Part shown: in pieces, positions 16,081 through 23,105 of the stretch
How positions within the stretch are numbered: position 1 is the first letter of the stretch
How the letters are laid out: each line of letters starts with the position of its first letter
Origin: an uncultured Candidatus Saccharibacteria bacterium
GTDB taxonomy: Bacteria; Patescibacteriota; Saccharimonadia; Saccharimonadales; SZUA-47
Assembly (NCBI GenBank): GCA_964536485.1
Contig: CAZHXX010000009.1
Span: 1-43,803, forward strand
Direction: 5' to 3'
DNA length: 43,803 nt
Program-made: the position numbers and the translations under genes
Notes under the pieces: generated by a model
Databases searched by the model: none
Seen by the model: the letters and a program-made list of their open reading frames with translations, nothing else
What the model was told of the DNA's origin: nothing

Positions 16081-18870
16081 ATGTCACAAACAGCAAGTCT
16101 GACGATTGCGCGGCGTTTTACGCAGCCAAACACGAAAGGCTACGACAATATTAAATGGACAAAAAAAGACGCTATCATTGCTAACCCAATGACGGGCAAA
16201 AATGTCTTTGAACAACGTGACGTGGAAGTCCCAGAAGGCTGGTCATTGAACGCAGTCAACATTGTTGCGCAAAAATATTTCACTGGTACTCCAGGTACAT
16301 CTGAGCGAGAAGGATCTCTCAAGCAACTTATCGACCGAGTGGTTGATACGGTCACTCGCCAAGGAGTTCAAGAAGGTTACTTCGAAACTGATTCAGAAGC
16401 GGAAACTTTCCGTGAAGAATTAAAGTTTATCCTTGCGACGCAACGAGCAGCCTTCAACTCTCCGGTATGGTTTAACATTGGCGCAGCAGAGCGTGCACAG
16501 CAGGCAAGCGCATGTTTTATCCTTGGCATCGAAGACACGATGACCTCAATTCTTAACTGGTACACAGAAGAAGGAATGATCTTTAAGGGTGGCTCTGGTT
16601 CTGGTATTAACCTTAGCGTTATCCGCTCTTCTGCCGAAGGTCTTAGCAAGAGTGGCGGAACAGCTTCAGGCCCACTGAGCTTTATGCGCGGTGCGGATAG
16701 CTCAGCAGGTGCAATCAAGAGTGGTGGCAAGACCCGACGCGCCGCTAAAATGGTCATTCTAAACATTGACCACCCAGATGTCGAAGAGTTTATCTGGTGC
16801 AAGGCAAAAGAAGAGCGCAAAGCTCGAGTGTTGCGTGACAATGGTTTTGACATGGACCTCGACGGCAAAGATTCCTTCTCAATCCAGTACCAAAACGCTA
16901 ACAATTCAGTGCGTGTCACAGATGAATTCATGCAAGCAGTTGTAAATGACGAAGATTGGGATTTGCGTGCAGTGACGACAGGGAAGGCGCTGAAGACCAT
17001 GAAAGCTCGACACCTCTGGAGGCAGATTGCAGAAGCCTCATGGGAGTGTGCGGATCCAGGCCTTCAGTTCGACACAACTATTAATAAGTGGCACACAACA
17101 CCAAACGCGGGTCGTATCAATGGCTCAAACCCATGTTCGGAGTACATGCACCTAGATAACTCAGCATGTAACCTTGCAAGCCTCAACTTGCTTAAGTTCT
17201 TGCGCGACGATGGCACATTCGATACTGACGCTTTTAAGCACACGACCGAGCTCATCTTTACCGCACAGGAAATACTTGTGGGTTATTCAGAATACCCAAC
17301 GGTAAGTATTGGCAAGAACGCTAAAGCATATAGAGAGCTTGGTATTGGATACGCTAACCTCGGCGCTCTTCTTATGGCACAAGGGTTACCATACGATTCA
17401 GCTGAAGGCCGTGCACAGGCAGCTGCTATTACAGCTTTACTGACAGGTCATAGCTATGCAACAAGTGCAAAAATTGCTCATAGAGTTGGTCCATTTGCAG
17501 GCTACCAAAAAGACAAAGCAAATATGCAACACGTGCTCGAGATGCATCGTGATGCAGTTGCTCACATTGATGCAACGCTAGTATCAGAAGAACTTCTTAG
17601 TGCAGCTTCAGAGGCCTGGGACAATGCTGTCGAGCTTGCTAAGCGCTATGGGGTACGTAATTCGCAAGCAAGTGTTCTTGCGCCAACGGGGACGATTGGT
17701 CTCATGATGGACTGTGACACGACTGGTATCGAGCCAGATCTTGGGCTCGTAAAGCACAAAAAACTTGTAGGTGGCGGTACGATGAGTATCGTTAACCAGA
17801 CAGTTCCTCGAGCTCTTTCAGTGCTTGGTTACACAAAACAACAGGTAGACGACATTGTAAGCTACATTGATACAGAAAAAACTATTCTTGGAGCACCACA
17901 CCTCAAGCAAGAACACGTAAATGTATTTGCCTGTTCTATGGGAGACAACGCTATTCATTACCTTGGCCATGTCAAAATGATGGGTGCTGTACAGCCGTTC
18001 ATCTCTGGTGCAATCAGCAAGACAGTAAACATGCCAGAGACAGCAACCGTAGAGGATATTGAGCAACTGCATCTTGACTCCTGGAAGCTTGGTCTAAAGG
18101 CAGTCGCAATCTACCGTGATAACTGTAAGGTTGCGCAACCACTTTCTATGGCGAAGAAAGCTGGGTCAGAAGAGAAGGCTGAAGAAGAAGCCCCAGCTAC
18201 ACAGTTAGTTGCCAACCCAGTACTTACTGGCGGAGTAGCTACTCGTCAGCCATTGCCAAAAGTTCGTAACTCAAAGACGTTCTCGTTCACTGTTGCAGAT
18301 TGTCACGGCTATCTAATTGTCGGTGAGTATGAGGACGGTCGCCCAGGGGAGCTATTTATAGATGTTGCCAAAATGGGATCAACTCTTTCAGGGCTTATGG
18401 ACTCATTCGCTCGCTCAGTCAGCTATGGTCTCCAGCACGGAGTGTCGCTTAAGGTGTATGTAAAGGGTATGACAAGCATATCTTTTGCACCATCGGGCAT
18501 CACGGATGACTCAGATATTCGTACAGCAACTTCACTCGTTGACTATATCTTCCGTCGGCTTGCACTAAATTACTTAAGTTTTGATGACAGACTAGAACTA
18601 GGGCTTGCCTCAATCGACGATATGCCCGTTGAACAAACTAGCCTCGTAGAAGTTCCAGTCGTTACGACGACCCCACAAGTACAAGTGCCACTTCCAGTAG
18701 AGTTGCCAAAACAGCAGGCACCAGCTGTCGTGCAGAGCACAGCACCAAAGCCAAGTGCAACGCACTCAGCTTCAAGCGCACCAATGTGCTACAACTGTGG
18801 CAATCAGACGCAAAAGGCAGGGAGTTGTTATGTGTGCACCACCTGCGGTTCAACTACTGGTTGTAGCTGA
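16081..18870 (+). CDS. nrdJ: class II (adenosylcobalamin-dependent) ribonucleotide reductase
   Basis: RNR barrel motifs (NPCSEY, SNLC-like CNLASLNL, PTGTIG) and the C-terminal Cys cluster CYNCG....C..C..CG typical of NrdJ. Start moved to ATG 16081 (GAGGG 8 nt upstream) rather than the track's GTG at 16048. Confidence 0.9.
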   Translation: MSQTASLTIARRFTQPNTKGYDNIKWTKKDAIIANPMTGKNVFEQRDVEVPEGWSLNAVNIVAQKYFTGTPGTSEREGSLKQLIDRVVDTVTRQGVQEGYFETDSEAETFREELKFILATQRAAFNSPVWFNIGAAERAQQASACFILGIEDTMTSILNWYTEEGMIFKGGSGSGINLSVIRSSAEGLSKSGGTASGPLSFMRGADSSAGAIKSGGKTRRAAKMVILNIDHPDVEEFIWCKAKEERKARVLRDNGFDMDLDGKDSFSIQYQNANNSVRVTDEFMQAVVNDEDWDLRAVTTGKALKTMKARHLWRQIAEASWECADPGLQFDTTINKWHTTPNAGRINGSNPCSEYMHLDNSACNLASLNLLKFLRDDGTFDTDAFKHTTELIFTAQEILVGYSEYPTVSIGKNAKAYRELGIGYANLGALLMAQGLPYDSAEGRAQAAAITALLTGHSYATSAKIAHRVGPFAGYQKDKANMQHVLEMHRDAVAHIDATLVSEELLSAASEAWDNAVELAKRYGVRNSQASVLAPTGTIGLMMDCDTTGIEPDLGLVKHKKLVGGGTMSIVNQTVPRALSVLGYTKQQVDDIVSYIDTEKTILGAPHLKQEHVNVFACSMGDNAIHYLGHVKMMGAVQPFISGAISKTVNMPETATVEDIEQLHLDSWKLGLKAVAIYRDNCKVAQPLSMAKKAGSEEKAEEEAPATQLVANPVLTGGVATRQPLPKVRNSKTFSFTVADCHGYLIVGEYEDGRPGELFIDVAKMGSTLSGLMDSFARSVSYGLQHGVSLKVYVKGMTSISFAPSGITDDSDIRTATSLVDYIFRRLALNYLSFDDRLELGLASIDDMPVEQTSLVEVPVVTTTPQVQVPLPVELPKQQAPAVVQSTAPKPSATHSASSAPMCYNCGNQTQKAGSCYVCTTCGSTTGCS

Positions 18871-18877
18871 TGCATAT

Positions 18878-18931
18878 GAGAGGAGGTGACTCCTCCTCTC
18901 ATCGCTCGGGGCACCGGAGTAAATCCGGTGC
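18878..18931 (+). terminator. two stem-loops after nrdJ, possible terminator
   Basis: gagaggagg / cctcctctc (18878-18900) and gcaccgga / tccggtgc (18911-18931). No strong T tract. Confidence 0.35.
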
Positions 18932-19065
18932 TCCGGCTGCTCACCTCCCACTAAACTTGAGAACTAACAAAGGTATGCAATCTTTGCTAGCGCTTAAGTA
19001 GACAGCCTTAAATACATTAGCAGGTTGTTTCTTGTGACCCATTTTCTATATTTCTTCTCTCCATC

Positions 19066-19084
19066 AAAAAGTGTTACACTTTTT
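19066..19084. promoter_or_regulatory. perfect 19-bp palindrome abutting the start codon at 19087
   Basis: AAAAAGTGT-T-ACACTTTTT. It contains TGtTACACT (an extended -10-like element) ending 6 nt before the ATG. Confidence 0.4.
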
Positions 19085-19086
19085 GT

Positions 19087-19371
19087 ATGAGATTGGTGGC
19101 CTTATACCGTACAAATAGCGAACAAGCACGTCCAATGTATGAATTTATAGAAATGTTTAGGCGTCGCTACCCTGATAAAGTTATCCAAGAATTAGATTTA
19201 GACACAAGAGAGGGCGCTGCAGAAGCAAGTCTTTACGGAATTATGAATTATCCAGCGCTCATTGCAACTGGGTTTGATGGACGAGTTTTAGGCCTCTGGG
19301 AAGGGCTTCCTCTTCCGCTCATAGACGAGGTTGCAGGCTCGGTCGTTGAAATACAAGCCACACCAGTGTAA
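19087..19371 (+). CDS. thioredoxin-fold-like protein lacking the CxxC motif
   Basis: 94 aa with no Cys. The beta-alpha-beta start (LVALY) and a cis-Pro-like NYPALI...G loop resemble a Trx fold. No Shine-Dalgarno. Confidence 0.4.
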   Translation: MRLVALYRTNSEQARPMYEFIEMFRRRYPDKVIQELDLDTREGAAEASLYGIMNYPALIATGFDGRVLGLWEGLPLPLIDEVAGSVVEIQATPV

Positions 19372-19399
19372 AATAGCACTATAAGCGCTCTGTAATTAT

Positions 19400-19575
19400 G
19401 CAGAAAAGTGACTATCACTCACCTAGCTTAGAGAAGAAAGTAGCAATAGCTATCAGTAGAACTCTACGGTTCCAGCCGTAATTGGATGAATTAAGTAAAA
19501 GCACGAGATGGTACCGTCTCCCATGTAATGGTTGACTCTCAGCGAACAAAAGCTGAGATTTTTTATTTTTAAAAG
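19400..19575 (+). promoter_or_regulatory. T-box riboswitch leader (Ile specifier AUC) controlling ileS
   Basis: AGAGA element at about 19430. AUC followed by A at 19452-19455. T-box-like GAGAUGGUACCG at 19505-19516 whose UGGU could pair with the tRNA ACCA end. Terminator tctcagc / gctgaga plus T6AT5 at 19537-19570. The 5' half of the terminator can alternatively pair with the T-box (gaga / tctc, accgt / atggt). Confidence 0.55.
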
Positions 19576-19587
19576 GAGTGCATGTAG

Positions 19588-22503
19588 ATGAAATTTACTT
19601 CAGGAAACCGGCGTAAAGCAAGCGAATACGAAAAGGATATTGTTGCATATTGGAAAAAGAACAAAATTTTTGAAGAGTCAGTCTCGCAGAGGTCTGAACA
19701 AAATAAGTATGTTTTTTATGATGGTCCTCCTTTTATAACTGGAGTTCCTCATCACGGAACGTTGCTTAGTTCAGTTGTAAAGGATGTTGTTCCTCGTTTC
19801 TGGACTATGCAAGGCAAAAGAGTTGAACGGGTTTGGGGTTGGGATTGTCATGGCTTGCCAGCCGAAGTCTTTACTGAAAAAAAGCTGGGCATTAAAGACC
19901 GTCGAGACATTGGCACAAAAATAAGTCTAGAGGAGTATATCACCACCTGTCGAGACAACATGGTCCAGACAGGAAATCTCTGGGAAGACACGATAGATAG
20001 AATTGGACGCTGGGTAGATTTTCGTGGTGCATACAAAACCATGGACAAAGAATACATGGAGTCTGTTTGGTGGGCGTTTAAGACGCTCTACGAAAAAGGC
20101 AAAATTTATGAGGGCGAGAAGGTGCTCATGTATTGTACTCGTGATGCGACACCACTTTCAAAGGCCGAGATCGCAATGGATAATAGTTACCAGGATGATA
20201 CCGATCCGAGCATCTATGTAAAATTTAAATTACTAGACGGTTCAGAAAGATATATTGTTGCGTGGACAACAACACCCTGGACACTCCCTTCTAACAGTGC
20301 TATTGCTGTAAATAAGTCAATAAAGTATGTTGAACTAGTGCACAAAAACCAAACACTTATCATGGCAGAGAAACTTGTTGAGAAGGTTATGACAGACGAA
20401 AAGCATCAGCCACTTGAGTACAAGATTTTGAAGACGATCAAGGGTGAGACCCTCGTTGGTCTCTCATATGAACAGCCGTTTAGCTTAGAGCTTAAACACA
20501 AAAATGCCTTTAAGGTTTGGCATGCAGACTTTGTGACAGACGAAGATGGTACGGGGATTGCTCATGAGTCCCCTGCTTATGGCGAAGATGACTATGTGCT
20601 TGCAAAGCAAAATGATATTCCTTGGGTGATGTCGACAGATGAGAATGGCTTCTTTACCTTAGGTGCCTGGAAAGGCCAAAATGTCTGGGAGTCAAACAAG
20701 CAGATAGCAAAGGACATCCTTGCGGATGGCAGGGCGCTCAAGATTGAATATATTAAGCATAGTTACCCTCACTGTTTCAGATGTAATACAAAACTCATGT
20801 ACCGCGCAGTTCCAAGCTGGTTTATGGATATCGACGGACAGAGAGAGGAAATGCTTGAGCAGAATGGAAGTATCAGCTGGCACCCAGAGCACATTAAGCA
20901 CGGTCGCTTTGAAAAGACAGTACAATCAGCTCCAGACTGGAACCTTAGTCGGGATCGTTTTTGGGCTACAGCTATGCCGGTCTGGAAGGGGACTGACAAA
21001 GACGGTAAGGAGCATATACGAGTAGTTGGTAGTTACGCTGAGCTTAAAGAACTCTCAGGAATAGAGTTAGAAGACTACCATCGTCCGTGGATAGATGATG
21101 TGACATTCACAATAAAAAACGTCACTTACAAGAGAATAGATAAGGTAATGGACTGTTGGTTTGAGTCTGGCAGTATGCCGTTTGCACAGTTCCATTATCC
21201 GTTCGAGAACGTGCAAAAATTCGAACAAAACTACCCCGCAGATTTCATTGTCGAGTATATTGCTCAAGCTCGAGCTTGGTTTTACTACATGCATGTAGTA
21301 AGTGTTGGCTTGTTTGGGACTTCTTCGTTTAAAAACGTTATAGCAACAGGTACGATGGCTGGCAATGATGGCCGTAAAATGAGTAAGAGCTTCGGCAACT
21401 ACACCGACCCGAATGAGGTTATGGACACTTACAGTGCTGACGCATTACGCTTCTTATTTGTTAGCTCATCACTCATGAATGGCGAAGACTTTTCACTTAT
21501 CGATAAAGATGTGGCCGATATATCCCGTAAACTTGCCATGGTGTGGAACGTATACGACTTCTTTACTATGTACGCAGAGGTTGATGGCTGGGAGTGGAAT
21601 GGCACGATAGACGATCACAGTGAGCTGTGCGAAAGTGTCCTAGACATATGGATTATGTCTAAAATTCACACACTTATAAATGATGTCGAAACAGCAACAA
21701 AAAGGTATGATTTACAGATGGCAACTCGTGCAATTCTACCCTTTATTGACGAGCTTAGTAATTGGTATGTGCGACGTTCGCGTAAGCGTTTCTGGAAATC
21801 GGATGATGACGAAGATAAACAAAAGGCGTACAAAACGTTGCACTATGTACTGGTACAGCTCGCACATGTGATGGCACCATTCACACCATTTTTGGCAGAA
21901 GAGCTGTACAAAAATCTCACAGGCTTAAAATCAGTGCATTTGAGTGACTGGCCAAAAGTTGGGCACGTGAACGAACGTGTAGTTGTTGAGATGGATGCAG
22001 TAAGACGCGCAGTAAATGAAGGTTTAGCACTACGTTCTCGACATGGGGTTAAGATTCGACAGCCACTTGCAAGTATAAAGGTAAGTGGCGCACCAGATCT
22101 TGGTCCAGAAAAGGAACACTACTTGCACATTATTGAAGAAGAGATCAATGTTAAGCGGGTACTTTGGGACAGCAAAGGCAAGGAGTTATATGAGCTCGAT
22201 ACTAAGATTACAGAAGAACTTAAAGCAGAAGGGCTCGCTCGAGAAGTGGTCCGGGCTGTCCAGCAAGCACGAAAAGATGCTGGCTTGCAAGTCGATGATC
22301 GTATTGATCTCTATCTAAGTACGGACGACGCCACTATGAAGCAGGCAATAAAGGAGTGGGAAGAATACATTTCCTCTCAAACTTTGGCTGCATCTCTTAT
22401 AAGTAGTAGTGAACTAACTGAAAGTAAAAATAAAATGTATGTAGTCGAGAGAACCATCGAAGGAGCTTCGCTAGAGTTGGCATTGAATAAGACTACGATG
22501 TAG
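19588..22503 (+). CDS. ileS: isoleucyl-tRNA synthetase, type 2
   Basis: HIGH-type PHHGT, KMSKS, CP1 editing insertion and a 971-aa architecture without the C-terminal zinc-finger extension. AAGGAG lies upstream. Confidence 0.95.
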   Translation: MKFTSGNRRKASEYEKDIVAYWKKNKIFEESVSQRSEQNKYVFYDGPPFITGVPHHGTLLSSVVKDVVPRFWTMQGKRVERVWGWDCHGLPAEVFTEKKLGIKDRRDIGTKISLEEYITTCRDNMVQTGNLWEDTIDRIGRWVDFRGAYKTMDKEYMESVWWAFKTLYEKGKIYEGEKVLMYCTRDATPLSKAEIAMDNSYQDDTDPSIYVKFKLLDGSERYIVAWTTTPWTLPSNSAIAVNKSIKYVELVHKNQTLIMAEKLVEKVMTDEKHQPLEYKILKTIKGETLVGLSYEQPFSLELKHKNAFKVWHADFVTDEDGTGIAHESPAYGEDDYVLAKQNDIPWVMSTDENGFFTLGAWKGQNVWESNKQIAKDILADGRALKIEYIKHSYPHCFRCNTKLMYRAVPSWFMDIDGQREEMLEQNGSISWHPEHIKHGRFEKTVQSAPDWNLSRDRFWATAMPVWKGTDKDGKEHIRVVGSYAELKELSGIELEDYHRPWIDDVTFTIKNVTYKRIDKVMDCWFESGSMPFAQFHYPFENVQKFEQNYPADFIVEYIAQARAWFYYMHVVSVGLFGTSSFKNVIATGTMAGNDGRKMSKSFGNYTDPNEVMDTYSADALRFLFVSSSLMNGEDFSLIDKDVADISRKLAMVWNVYDFFTMYAEVDGWEWNGTIDDHSELCESVLDIWIMSKIHTLINDVETATKRYDLQMATRAILPFIDELSNWYVRRSRKRFWKSDDDEDKQKAYKTLHYVLVQLAHVMAPFTPFLAEELYKNLTGLKSVHLSDWPKVGHVNERVVVEMDAVRRAVNEGLALRSRHGVKIRQPLASIKVSGAPDLGPEKEHYLHIIEEEINVKRVLWDSKGKELYELDTKITEELKAEGLAREVVRAVQQARKDAGLQVDDRIDLYLSTDDATMKQAIKEWEEYISSQTLAASLISSSELTESKNKMYVVERTIEGASLELALNKTTM

Positions 22504-22519
22504 TAGTCGTAGTGAGTAC

Positions 22520-22548
22520 TTTACAAACAGGGGTCAACATGCTAAAAT
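22520..22548 (+). promoter_or_regulatory. candidate rplU promoter (TTTACA-17-TAAAAT with TGn)
   Basis: TTTACA 22520-22525, 17-nt spacer ending in TGC, TAAAAT 22543-22548. Confidence 0.45.
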
Positions 22549-22581
22549 GGCATGAACTAACTCAATGAAAGAATTTTAAGT

Positions 22582-22884
22582 ATGAAGAAAGCAGTTATTA
22601 TGTGCGGTGGCGTGCAACACCTCGTCGCAGAAGGTGATGAAATCACTGTCAATTCACTTGGCGATGAAAAGAAGGTTGAATTCACACCAGTCATGATTGT
22701 TGATGGTGATAATTCTATCCTCGACGCAAAGAAGCTACAGTCATTAAAAGTCTCCGCACAGGTCCTAGAAAGCCTGCAAGGTGACAAAGTAGTTGCTTTG
22801 CGCTACAAGGCAAAAAAGCGTGTACAGACCCGCCGAGGTCACAGACAGGCACTAAGCAAGATCAAGATTACAGCAATTAAATAA
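22582..22884 (+). CDS. rplU: 50S ribosomal protein L21
   Basis: 100 aa with the ..GG.Q..V..GD.I.V........V.F..V and KKR....RGHRQ pattern of L21. Confidence 0.85.
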   Translation: MKKAVIMCGGVQHLVAEGDEITVNSLGDEKKVEFTPVMIVDGDNSILDAKKLQSLKVSAQVLESLQGDKVVALRYKAKKRVQTRRGHRQALSKIKITAIK

Positions 22885-22906
22885 ACAGTAAAATTACTAA
22901 AAAATT

Positions 22907-22940
22907 AAAAATGCGTCCTCAAGGTGAGGGCGCATTTTTA
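22907..22940 (+). terminator. intrinsic terminator after rplU
   Basis: aaaaatgcgtcctc-aaggt-gagggcgcattttt: a 9-bp GC-rich stem plus T5. Confidence 0.7.
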
Positions 22941-22976
22941 ATTGTGGAAAACTAGTAATTTTTAAGCATTATCTTG

Positions 22977-23006
22977 TTGATATGCTGAACACATTTGTTG
23001 TACACT
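22977..23006 (+). promoter_or_regulatory. candidate promoter of the giant ORF (TTGATA-18-TACACT)
   Basis: TTGATA 22977-22982, 18-nt spacer, TACACT 23001-23006, about 100 nt upstream of ATG 23106. Confidence 0.35.
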
Positions 23007-23078
23007 AATGAAGTCTAAGGTGTAAAAAGCACCAAAGACGGGCGCAGTGTCGGAAAATCTCGCAGTTTTCTGACTTCT

Positions 23079-23105
23079 GTGTTGCTATAAAAAAATAAGC
23101 AACAC
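23079..23105 (+). promoter_or_regulatory. hairpin abutting the annotated ATG of the giant ORF
   Basis: gtgttgct / agcaacac 8-bp stem with an 11-nt A-rich loop, ending 1 nt before ATG 23106. No Shine-Dalgarno is present. Confidence 0.5.
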
